Shown one piece after another: positions 36,631 to 62,000 of a stretch of DNA of 64,000 bases. The notes under the pieces were generated by a model. That model was not told where the DNA came from, searched no databases, and saw nothing but the letters and a program-made list of their open reading frames with translations. Positions within the stretch are counted from its first letter, which is position 1. Every line of letters begins with the position of its first letter. The position numbers were made by a program, and so were the translations under genes. The stretch is from Macrostomum lignano (lineage: Eukaryota). The stretch spans positions 1 through 64,000 of the forward strand of contig NIVC01001119.1 in assembly GCA_002269645.1 (NCBI GenBank). The letters run 5' to 3'.

Positions 36631-39250
36631 TTTACGGGAAACTATAAGAGACTATGGCTTCCTTATGCTAAGGGGTAACAGAAAATTAATTTTAACAAAT
36701 AACAGCTGAATCATGATTTTGCAAAATTGTTGCAACATGATTTTAAAAAATTCTCTAAATCAGAAGGCTAACAGCTAAACAGACAGCTTGACTTTATTTA
36801 CATTTCATATTCGTGGCCTCCTCGTCACTTAACAAAAGAACGAAAAAACAAAGACCGAAACAAAGAACGAAAAAAGCTGCAAAATAAAAGTTATTGTTTA
36901 ATTACTCGTAATTACGTTAAAAGTTTATTGCAAATAATTAGCGCCGCAAAAAATGTTTTGATTTTTATCGAAAATTAACTTAAAACTTCTCTGCTTTAAT
37001 AGACAACAACAACTATTAATAATAATACAAGCGGCCTAAAACAGACAAAACAATAATGTAAGATTATGGTTACTATATATAGATGCTGGCTGCAAAGCGA
37101 ATAAATTGCTACGATACTAAAATAATGACAAGTTTATTGTTACGTATTTTACACGCAGAAAATGAACAAACCAATTATAACGAAAGATTACATGAATAAA
37201 TTCGGTTATATATGAGGATGGACAACAAGATAAGTGTTCATTTTCTAATATTTAAAAACTAAAAAGAATGTTAAAAGCAGGATATACTATATACTAATTA
37301 CATTTTAATTTAATAATCACATGACGTAATAAAGCAAATCTAAATATAGAAACAAGAAGATAAAAAGCAAAAATCTGTACTTTAACACAAACAATCACAT
37401 CGGTTATAGTTACAGAGGTTAACAGTTACAGATGCAAGAGGAATTTACTGAACCGCAACCTCGCTACACTTAGAAAATTAATGTACAGTTTAAATTGTGT
37501 AAGCGAGGAAAACATTGAATACAATTGCGACTTTATATTTTGTGTTATAGAATACAAGAACGGGACTTAAACGCGTGACTAGGCGAAATATGAAATTTGT
37601 TTGCTTATATTCAAATCTGATGATTTTTTTTAAAAATGATAGAAACATTCTCAAACAGACAATATAGTTACTGTAAGTATAAAATTTACACCCTGCTGTT
37701 GAGACTTAAAATGGCTCGAAATTTAACTTGAGGCCAAAAAGTCGAATGCAATTTTTTTGTCGCGCAGATGAAGCTGAGCTGTTAATTCAATGGCGGAATT
37801 ACTTTTATTAAAGCACGGAAAGGACTTCATAATTACTGCAAGTCCAAGTGCGCGGTAGCCTGTTTCGAATTGGTGCCAAAAATTTGATTAGCACGTTTTA
37901 ACAAAATATCAAATTTAATGACTTTAGTTTTCAATGCGAAATACTTGAGTTTAGTACTAATGTTAATTATTTTAATGGTGACTTTTTTGCTGGCTAGTAA
38001 TATAGCGCTAAGATGGCAAGATCAAAGTAAGTAACTTTATCAAATTAGTGGCATAGATGGACTTTTTATGCGTATAATTTGAATATCGACAGAGAGAAAA
38101 ACTAAAAAGTAAGTAAACAACTACTCGATTGACAATATCAGGTGTGACTAGTGATAAACTAATAAATAAATAAGCAAGCCGATCAGCAATCTAAGAAAAG
38201 CAATTTTGCAGAGTAGTACACTATAAATATCATATTTAGACTAGGCAGAGTAAAACAAGGAAAATGAATATATAACTCTGAGAAGAGCAAAAACGAAAAA
38301 TCAATTGCTACGATTGCAATGATAGAGAGGATGGAAAAAAACCGAACTACAATAAAAACATAAATGAGAAACAACTCACAATATAGAAAAAAATATTTCT
38401 CCAATGTAGATTTCCTTATTACTAAATGACAAATACTACCATATACTAATTGCAGTGTAATTAGACTTCAAACAGCGATATATTCAAGCTAAGAAAAAAA
38501 CGTACGGGGCGCTTCAACTGTTAAAAAATTGATAACGAGGTTTGTGAATTTTGTTATAACCGACTGACAAAAATAGTTTTTTCAAAAATGAATAACTGTA
38601 CATCAGTAAGTAGTGTTTCTTGGAAATAGACACAATAGAGAGTTAAAAGAGTGAGACACTAGATGACATCCGGAACCGAACTCAGACGCGAGCTGGCTCG
38701 CACCTGGCCTGATCAGAGCGCTGAATACCCACGGTAGTGTTGTAGGCATGGTGACCAGCCGGCTCCTGCAAATGCATTTATATCATTGGTTGGCTTGGTA
38801 CATGCGGTTTCTGAACATACTTGGCCCATACTGAATAATGGAAAGTGAAAGATATCGGTGTCAACAGAGTTCACTGCTGTCCTTTAATGTTCTGGAATAT
38901 TTTTCATCAAAATTTTCATCAAAGTTTATAAAATTGTTCCGCTGTGTTAGTTTTATAAAATTTACCAAGCTTTGAGAGATGAAACATGCATGGAAAGTTT
39001 CAAAACCAGTTAGCTGGCAAATTTGCCTACTAATTAACTAAGCTAATTAAAACAAAGAAGAGCAGCCCAGCAACCTCTGAATGCTTCAAGTTACCCAAAC
39101 CGTAAGACTTTGATACAGCGAATTTGTGCGAATTAATTAAGACTCCGTAGCCAAGGCCAAAGCAGCAGCCAGCAACGGAGAGCATGGGCGCAAATTAAAG
39201 AAATAAGCAGCTTTGATGCAGTGCCAATCTGAAGGTCTAGGGATGAAATA

Positions 39251-39252
<2 letters not shown>

Positions 39253-39303
<51 letters not shown>

Positions 39304-39348
39304 AAGACAGACAGACAGACAGGCAGACAGACAGACAGACAGACAGAA

Positions 39349-39426
<78 letters not shown>

Positions 39427-39550
39427 CCAGACACAGGCAGGCAGACAGGCAGACAGACGACAGAAAGACAGACAGACAGACAGACAGCCAGACAGAGGCA
39501 GACAGACAGACAGACAGACAGACAGCCAGACACAGGCAGGCAGACAGACA
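39253..39550. repeat. (GACA)n microsatellite with variant units
   Basis: Direct reading. Confidence 0.95.
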
Positions 39551-40223
39551 CAATGAGAGTTGAGTAGAAGCCAAAAACTAGGCTGTGTGGATGATATGCA
39601 AACACGGGCTGAGCCTCAGCAATGGTCATATCCTCACGAAAACGGCAGCAGTGCTTAATTGGTAGCCATAAAAATGCCAATTGCAATCAAGTGTTGAGCA
39701 GTCAAGCGCAATCGCAAATAAAATTTTGGCTGAAAGATACCTTTAATCATAAAATCTTGTTAAAGCTATAAAAGTTAGTAATTATCTTTATTTGATAAAA
39801 AAACAAAATTCCGGCGCACCCGCGGAGTGCATCGCTTGCAGTAGCATAACACGAGTTTGAGCAGTAAATAAACAAAAAAGAGTAATATAAAATAAATTAT
39901 AAAAACGCACTCAATCCGAGTGAAAAATGCTTCGATGACTGACTGACTGACGCTTTTGCGAAGCCTTCTCTTATCGATCAGAGCCAGGCGCTGATGACCG
40001 ACTTGGATGACAGATTTTATGGCGGAGAAAGATTCGGAACAGAGAGGAGAAAGTTGTTGCTAGGGTGAATCAGAATCGGCATATTTTCCTATGTAATTCA
40101 ATCGTGTTAATAAATTTGTTTAGCCGTGGCGCCAGAGAGAGAAAAAAGTAAAATTTTGAATCTGCACTAATTTTGATGCATTCTGGTAATAATCAATTTG
40201 AAATGCTGTTAGTTAGAGATTCA

Positions 40224-42430
40224 TGATGTAACCGCCCTTGTCGCCTGTCCGCTCCGTAGAGAGACGGACGCATGACTAGAGGCGGCAATGACCGTAGGCT
40301 GCCTATGACCGGGCAATGACCTGACGGACCTCCAGCACCAGACTGTCCCGCCCACATGATTAGTAGCTTTGGTAGCGCTTCGTGACCAGAGGGCCAAGGA
40401 CCCACATGGACCCCACCTGTAGCCAAGGTGCAATAGTTGGTCACTCGGTCATGGTATGACCGAGTGGCTGCCACCACTCTATGTGACCTGGCGCACCTGG
40501 ATCTTTCTACCAGACCTCTCGAGGCTAGAGCCCCGCCTGGAATGGTTACCAGGGGATTTAGGCTAACAGGGGAGACACATGCAGCCGAGTGCAGGGACTC
40601 TGCTTGGGGCATGATCGGGAACTCTGGGCTCAATCCTGGAGGATTTCTCAGCAGGGGATCCTTTGTGGCTGTGAGCGAGGCTGACTTGCACTTTGATTAC
40701 TAAGAGAAGTATGAGGCGAACATGTACTGTCTCTAGTTTAGATTGCTCAGGGCGAAGGGACGCGTCAGCATGGGGTTGCAACCTTCCTACTGCCATTCTG
40801 TGCCAAGACTCGCTAATCCCTCTACTGCACGCACACGCGGCCCCGCAGCACGCACTCACAGGCGGGCTTTGCACGGGGAGAGGCCATTAGCTTACCCAAA
40901 CTTCCTTATGCTTTGCCACCCCGGGAGAACGGCTTAGCAAGCCATGAGTTAAATGATGGTGAAAGAGTGAATAATGATGAGGTTAGTTAATAGTTAATAA
41001 TTAGGCCCTTAGGCAAATAATCAGGCAATTAGGCGGCTTCACTATTGAGTAAAATACAGCAAAAAGTTACGGTATCACAATTGGCTCAGCTCTCTAATCA
41101 GACAATGGAAAATAGGCAAACCCCGGATAAGCAAAGGCAATTAGAGCACAAATTAGTAACAGGAACTTACCGGCAGCTGCACAGAGAGAGAGAGAGGCGG
41201 AGTGACCGAGGGTGGCTGTAGGCTGCAGTCAGGCAGACAGTGAAGCGGCGGTGCGCTGAAGCGACGAGGCGCTAATGTAGATCAGGCGATGCTGATGATG
41301 CTGGGCGGTTTCAGACCGCGGGCCGATAGGCGAGCTCACTTGGGGAGCTGAAGATAACTTAGCGGTAACAGACCGCGGACCGGCAGGGATTCGTCTTATA
41401 GACGAATGGGTCAGAACTCAATCTGACAGCAGGTCCAAAGAAGGACGAGGAGAGGAAGAGTCTGAGGATTCTCATGCCGAAATCGCTTCCTTTTATAGAC
41501 CTCACAGCCGCCTCCTCAAGGTCGTTACCATAGCTCCCTCTCTCTGATTGGCTGCCGGCAGAATGACGTCAGAATGAGTCATGATGAGAAGCATGAGACC
41601 GGCATAGCAACATGAGAAATCGGGAAATTGCGCAATCCGGAGGTGGGGTGGGGGGATAATTGGCGCAGCGGGTGGTCGCGAAAGTATTGCGCAAGCAAAC
41701 ATTGAGAACAATAGGGCTGGGGTCGAGCACAAAGGAATTGGAAAACGGGGATAATTGGGGAGAACTGAGAACAATGGAAAAGTAAACATTGGGGAAAAGG
41801 TGATAATTAGGTGCGAAAACGAGAACAAAAGAAAGAGAAAATCGGAGAAAATGTGATAATTGGTGGAGGTCGAGAGAACAAAAGAATCAAAAACGAGAAC
41901 AATAGAAGCGGAGGTGGGGTGGGTGTCGCATGAGAAATTTGGGGAGGAGAACAATGGCATGAGAAAAGGTTGCGCAAGAGAGGGAGATGAGTCATCGATG
42001 AGTCACCGAGGGGGAGAGGGGGTCACACGACTTGCGTCACTGTTTGGGAGTTTGAGAGGGGATGGGGAGACGGTGAGCACACAACATACTGTAAGTAGAC
42101 ACAGAGAAAGAGGGGGCAGCGCAGGAAAAGAGTGCAGAGGGAGACAAAAAGAGGGGGGATAGGGAAAGTACAGGAAGAATAGGGCGAAAAACAGAAGAGA
42201 TAGGGTAGAGGGGGAGGTACAGAGAGGGGTAGGGGGCTCCGGAAAGGCAGGTGTGGCGGCAGGGGAGACGGGACCAAGGCAGCAGGAGGGGTGCAGCAGA
42301 GCGGGAGTCTCCAGGCCCGGTCGGAGACCTGGCCGAGTCTCGACAGCTCTGTGCAGAGGGTGCACGGGATAGGAGGCACTTTCGAAAAAGTTCCCATGCC
42401 CTATCCCGCGACCAGAGCGTGGTTACATCA
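40224..42430 (-). mobile_element. Solo LTR (~2.2 kb), probably Ty3/Gypsy-like
   Basis: TG...CA termini with perfect 10-bp inversion TGATGTAACC...GGTTACATCA; 4-bp TSD TTCA at 40220-40223 and 42431-42434. No gag/pol ORF. Orientation inferred from promoter motifs. Confidence 0.85.
41491..41581 (-). promoter_or_regulatory. Pol II promoter module inside the solo LTR
   Basis: AP-1 TGAGTCA (41575-41581), CRE TGACGTCA (41564-41571), CCAATCAG (41544-41551, minus), TATAAAA (41491-41497, minus) in canonical order. A GGTAAGT donor follows at 41165-41171. Confidence 0.6.
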
Positions 42431-42542
42431 TTCAGTTTTATAAATGACCATAAGAACATTTCATGGACTAGGACTGTATGAGGACTGTATGAGTACATGA
42501 TGCACTACTAGCACTAGCAGTTTGCATTGCTGACACCAATGT

Positions 42543-55674
<13,132 letters not shown>

Positions 55675-57674
55675 TTTTGTTTCTGGCTGGCAGCTTGTTT
55701 TTTAGAAATGCAAAGAGCAACGATTATTACATGCAGATGAAGAGCAACACCTAAGACCCTTTGTGCACTTTCGTACAAATCGAATAGTCCAGGCCGCCAA
55801 ACCTTGCTAATAACTTTCAAGAATTATGAGGAATCAACTACGTTAAAATATAGAGCGTAAGCGCTTTAAAAACATCATCTTGATCGTTATACTGACAGAA
55901 TTTTATAACTAATACAAATAACGACTAAAATTTAATAAAATATAGCAATTTATCCAGACTTGCTAAGTCTATATTTTAGGTTTTGATATACTATGCAGGT
56001 TGAAAGCACACCGGAAAAGCATTTATAAGTTACGTAATTCGTAATTCGTATAAATACAATTAATTCGTTTCGAACTTTTAAATCGTTCGTTCGGCCTCAT
56101 GCGTTTGCACTATAATGTAAATATAGCGCTGTATTTATGCTTTACCTTGCGGTTCTTAATATAGTAGCTCAAAGACGTGGGTCGCCCTTTTCGTTACTGT
56201 AACAAATTAATACATGTACATGTAAATGCAGCACTAGCAGTTAAAATCTGACGTTAGAAGAAAAATTTGGTTGAATTGCTGGACACGAAACAAGTCATAT
56301 ATATTATTTGTAGTTATGTATAGCTGTTTATAAAATCTGCGATTATTTGAGACAGACACGTAACGACTTGAATCTGCGAAAAATTATGCTGCATGTACAC
56401 ATGCATGTACACTTGCATGTATGGGAACGTGTATGTACAATATTGTACAATTTCGATGCTTTTGTAGCAGTAGTACAATTGATAAAGTCACAGTGGGGTG
56501 GGATAAATTGTCACATGTGCAATTGACTATTGTACAATATTCTACATACACGTTCCATTACATGCAAGGTGCGTGGCAAAACTATGTATAAAATCCACAT
56601 GAGATTCCTAAAATTTATAATTATAAAAAGGTACATACATGTGCATGTATAGGCAGTAGGCACAGAGAGGCGGCTTGTAAATTAACCAGCTGGGAGCATG
56701 CAAGTACATACGCCAGTGGCTGCATGAGTACACGTAAATGACCAGACTGTACTCATAAAAGTAAAGTTTTGCTAGATGCCTGATTTGCAAAACTTTTTCA
56801 CGTCCAAGATCCCCTACGCAAGCATAACATTCATTTGCGTGTCTGGTTCAATTATTTTATGCCAATAATTAAATAGCTACTAATTTAGCCTGCAAGTTTG
56901 ATAAACGACAGCTGCTGCAAAAATCTTAGAGATAAACTCGTCGCTATAGATATTAATTATGCTTGTACAAAACACCTGCTAGTTAAACACCTGATGATGA
57001 GCTCCTTACTACGAGCTATATACAGTGATCCTTGCGTAAACGTTATTGAAAAAGTACACAAACTATAGCTATATTAGATCTGATTTTAACAGGAAGTGTG
57101 CATGCCAGTTAGAACTACATGTATGAATCCACCACAAAATTTTAACACGACAGGTAGGTACTAACTGGATAAACGTTTGTAAAAGCAACTACTATTTCTG
57201 AAGGTCTGTACAGGTACCTACTGAAAAAGGTATACTATACTTATACAAGAAAAAATATGGCGGTTTCAAATCCGACCGACATATTAAACTACGTATTTCG
57301 CAATTATAGTCAATCGCAGAATCAATCGCAAAGTCAATCGCTAGCAATTGTATCGAAAATCTAAGAGGCTACGCCATCTGAAAAAAAGCCTTTCTAAGAT
57401 CCAGAGTGCTACTAGGCCAGCTGTTCCTGAAGCAGCAATATGCGCAGATATATTGCCTTCGCGAATGGACTAGAATTTTTCTCTACACTTAACAAACAAA
57501 GGCAAATTTTTCAAAAAATGAACTTTCAGCACATTCTTGGCTTTGACAATGTGGTTTTGCAGGAACGCTAAAATAACAAATACCCATCAGTCATGCAGCA
57601 CTGGTTGACTTTGTTTTCTGTGTTAGCGTGCCTGAGGCCGGCTTTTGTGTTATCAATTAGCTCTCTTGTTCCTT

Positions 57675-58210
57675 CCCCTATCTACCGTCCCTACCTACTC
57701 TCCCTATCTACCATCTTATACCCTCCCTATCTACTGTCCCTACCTTCCTATCTACCGTCCTTATCTACTCTCCTTATCTACTGTCTTATCTACTCTCTCT
57801 ATCTACCATCTTATCTACTGTCTTATCTACTCTCTACCATCTTATCTACCGTCCTATCTACTCTCTCTATCTACCATCTTATCAACTCTTCTTATCTACC
57901 GTCCTATCTACTCTCCCTATCTACCATCTTATCTACTCCCCTTATCTACCGTCCTATCTACTCTCTCTATCTACCATCTTATCTACTCTCCTTATCTACC
58001 GTCTTATCTACTCTCCCTATCTACCATCTTATCTACTCTCCTTATCTACCGTCTTATCTACTCTCCCTATATACCGTCTTATCTACTCTCTCTATCTACC
58101 ATGACTACCTATTCTCCCTATCTACCGTCCTTATCTACTCTCCCTATCTACCACCCCTACCTACTTAACCTATTTACCATTTCTATCTACTGTCCCTATC
58201 TACCATCACT
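57675..58210. repeat. Degenerate minisatellite (CTATCTACC(A/G)TCTTATCTACTCTC)n
   Basis: Direct reading. Confidence 0.88.
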
Positions 58211-59016
58211 TACATACTCTACGTATCTACCATCGCTCTCTATCCCCTTTCTTTATCTACATCTCCCCCTCCCTTCTGTTTCCGTTTTCTCATTTTATAC
58301 CTTCATCTCAAATCTCCCTCTGTATCTCATTCCTCTTCCTTTCCATAGCAGAATTTTTGTCAAACTTTTGTCCCATTTAAATCCCAGTCAGTCTAAAATT
58401 CAATAATTTCCCCACACACAAGCCGGCGGGTTACCTTTGCCACTGTCCATCTTTCGCACGAACCAGTAGAATGGCTAGAGGGCGGAGTTTAGTTCGAAAA
58501 CACAAAAAACCGTCTCTCCAAGTCCATAAGAGTCGCAGCGGCCTGCCAATAACGCCAAGACAAAGCAGCTGTTATACACAAGTCTGGCTCGATTTTTTTC
58601 CCCGCGAAGAAGCCTCCTTAACTTTGCGCACAAGGGATCGTCGAGATCCAAAAAGCAGTGGGCAGGGGGGGGGCAAGGGGGAAGGCTCGCGTTTTGCAAG
58701 GCAACAACCAAGGGTATCTGTCAGTCAAGTTATCCCAAATTGATTTTCGAACCGAAACCAGTTCCCATAGTTGGAAACACAGTTTCCTGCCCATCTGCCG
58801 GTGTAAAATCTAGGTGGAGTGATTTGCCCGAAAAGTGCAGACAGCAGCGCAGGGCCCGACGCGGACATGGCTGTGACGCACGCGGATTTGCGTAGAACAG
58901 AATTTTTCAAGGACCGCTTTTAAATGCCAGAAATAGATGCCGCCCGCTTCCGCATGTGGGAGGCTGACGCGCATTGAAGGACAGACAACAGGAGGCACTT
59001 TAAAGGTCACAAAGTA

Positions 59017-62000
59017 GAGAGGCAGATTCTCAAGGATTGATGGAGAGCGGAGAGGCAGATTCTCAAGGACTGATAGAGAGCGGAGAGGCAGATTCTCAAG
59101 GACTGATGGAGAGCGGAGAGGCAGATTCTCAAGGACTGATGGAGAGCGGAGAGGCAGTTTCTCAAGGACTGATGGAGAGCGGAGAGGCAGATTCTCAAGG
59201 ACTGATGGAGAGCGGAGAGGCAGATTCTGAAGGACTGATGGACAGTGGAGAGCTAGATTCTGAAGGACTGATGGACAGCGGAGAGGCAGATTCTCAAGGA
59301 CTGATGGAGAGCGGAGAGGCAGATTCTCAAGGACTGATGGAGAGCGGAGAGGCAGATTCTCAAGGACTGATGGACAGCGGAGAGGCAGATTCTCAAGGAC
59401 TGATGGACAGTGGAGAGCTAGATTCTGAAGGACTGATGGACAGCGGAGAGGCAGATTCTCAAGGACTGATGGACAGCGGAGAGGCAGATTCTCAAGGATT
59501 GATGGAAAGCGGAGAGGCAGATTCTCAAGGACTGATGGACAGCGGAGAGGCGGATTCTCAAGGACTGATGGACAGTGGAGAGGCAGATTCTGAAGGACTG
59601 ATGGACAGCGGAGAGGCAGATTCTCAAGGACTGATGGACAGCGGAGAGGCAGATTCTCAAGGACTGATGGACAGCGGAGAGGCAGATTCTCAAGGACTGA
59701 TGGAAAGCGGAGAGGCAGATTCTCAAGGACTGATGGAAAGCGGAGAGGCAGATTCTCAAGGACTGATGGACAGCGGAGAGGCAGATTCTCAAGGACTGAT
59801 GGACAGTGGAGAGCTAGATTCTGAAGGACTGATGGACAGCGGAGAGGCAGATTCTCAAGGACTGATGGACAGCGGAGAGGCAGATTCTCAAGGACTGATG
59901 GACAGCGGAGAGGCAGATTCTCAAGGACTGATGGACAGTGGAGAGGCAGATTCTCAAGGACTGATGGACAGTGGAGAGGCAGATTCTCAAGGACTGATGG
60001 AGAGCGGAGAGGCAGATTCTCAAGGACTGATGGAGAGCGGAGAGGCAGATTCTCAAGGACTGATGGATAGCGGAGAGGCAGATTCTGAAGGACTGATGGA
60101 CAGTGGAGAGCTAGATTCTGAAGGACTGATGGACAGCGGAGAGGCAGATTCTCAAGGACTGATGGAGAGCGGAGAGGCAGATTCTCAAGGACTGATGGAC
60201 AGCGGAGAGGCAGATTCTCAAGGACTGATGGACAGCGGAGAGGCAGATTCTCAAGGACTGATGGACAGTGGAGAGCTAGATTCTGAAGGACTGATGGACA
60301 GCGGAGAGGCAGATTCTCAAGGACTGATGGACAGCGGAGAGGCGGATTCTCAAGGATTGATGGAAAGCGGAGAGGCAGATTCTCAAGGACTGATGGACAG
60401 CGGAGAGGCGGATTCTCAAGGACTGATGGACAGTGGAGAGCTAGATTCTGAAGGACTGATGGACAGCGGAGAGGCAGATTCTCAAGGACTGATGGACAGC
60501 GGAGAGGCAGATTCTCAAGGACTGATGGACAGCGGAGAGGCAGATTCTCAAGGACTGATGGACAGCGGAGAGGCAGATTCTGAAGGACTGATGGACAGCG
60601 GAGAGGCAGATTCTCAAGGACTGATGGACAGCGGAGAGGCAGATTCTCAAGGACTGATGGACAGCGGAGAGGCAGATTCTCAAGGACTGATGGACAGCGG
60701 AGAGGCAGATTCTCAAGGACTGATGGACAGCGGAGAGGCAGATTCTCAAGGACTGATGGAAAGCGGAGAGGCAGATTCTCAAGGACTGATGGACAGCGGA
60801 GAGGCAGATTCTCAAGGACTGATGGACAGTGGAGAGCTAGATTCTGAAGGACTGATGGACAGCGGAGAGGCAGATTCTCAAGGACTGATGGACAGCGGAG
60901 AGGCAGATTCTCAAGGACTGATGGACAGTGGAGAGCCAGATTCTCAAGGACTGATGGACAGTGGAGAGGCAGATTCTCAAGGACTGATGGACAGTGGAGA
61001 GGCAGATTCTCAAGGACTGATGGACAGCGGAGAGGCAGATTCTCAAGGACTGATGGACAGTGGAGAGCCAGATTCTCAAGGACTGATGGACAGCGGAGAG
61101 GCAGATTCTCAAGGACTGATGGACAGTGGAGAGGCAGATTCTGAAGGACTGATGGACAGTGGAGAGGCAGATTCTGAAGGACTGATGGACAGTGGAGAGG
61201 CAGATTCTGAAGGACTGATGGACAGCGGAGAGGCAGATTCTCAAGGACTGATGGACAGTGGAGAGCCAGATTCTCAAGGACTGATGGACAGCGGAGAGGC
61301 AGATTCTCAAGGACTGATGGACAGTGGAGAGGCAGATTCTCAAGGACTGATGGACAGTGGAGAGGCAGATTCTCAAGGACTGATGGACAGTGGAGAGCCA
61401 GATTTTGAAGGACTGATGGACAGTGGAGAGGCAGATTCTGAAGGACTGATGGACAGCGGAGAGGCAGATTCTCAAGGACTGATGGACAGTGGAGAGCCAG
61501 ATTCTCAAGGACTGATGGACAGCGGAGAGGCAGATTCTCAAGGACTGATGGACAGTGGAGAGGCAGATTCTGAAGGACTGATGGACAGTGGAGAGGCAGA
61601 TTCTCAAGGACTGATGGACAGTGGAGAGGCAGATTCTGAAGGACTGATGGACAGTGGAGAGGCAGATTCTGAAGGACTGATGGACAGCGGAGAGGCAGAT
61701 TCTCAAGGACTGATGGACAGTGGAGAGGCAGATTCTCAAGGACTGATGGAGAGCGGAGAGGCAGATTCTCAAGGACTGATGGACAGCGGAGAGGCAGATT
61801 CTCAAGGACTGATGGACAGTGGAGAGCTAGATTCTGAAGGACTGATGGACAGCGGAGAGGCAGATTCTCAAGGACTGATGGACAGCGGAGAGGCAGATTC
61901 TCAAGGATTGATGGAAAGCGGAGAGGCAGATTCTCAAGGACTGATGGACAGCGGAGAGGCGGATTCTCAAGGACTGATGGACAGTGGAGAGGCAGATTCT

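Noticed and set aside
38650-40080. Scattered GC-rich exon-like islands
   Set aside because: Could not build a phase-consistent model or recognise a product on either strand.
57593-57680. Signal-peptide-like MQHWLTLFSVLACLRPAFVLS as first exon of the acidic repeat gene
   Set aside because: No convincing donor; the frame runs into a minisatellite.
58440-58451. 12-bp inverted match (GATGGACAGTGG) between an exon-like stretch and the 33-bp array
   Set aside because: The host exon is unsupported, so it cannot count as another antisense case.
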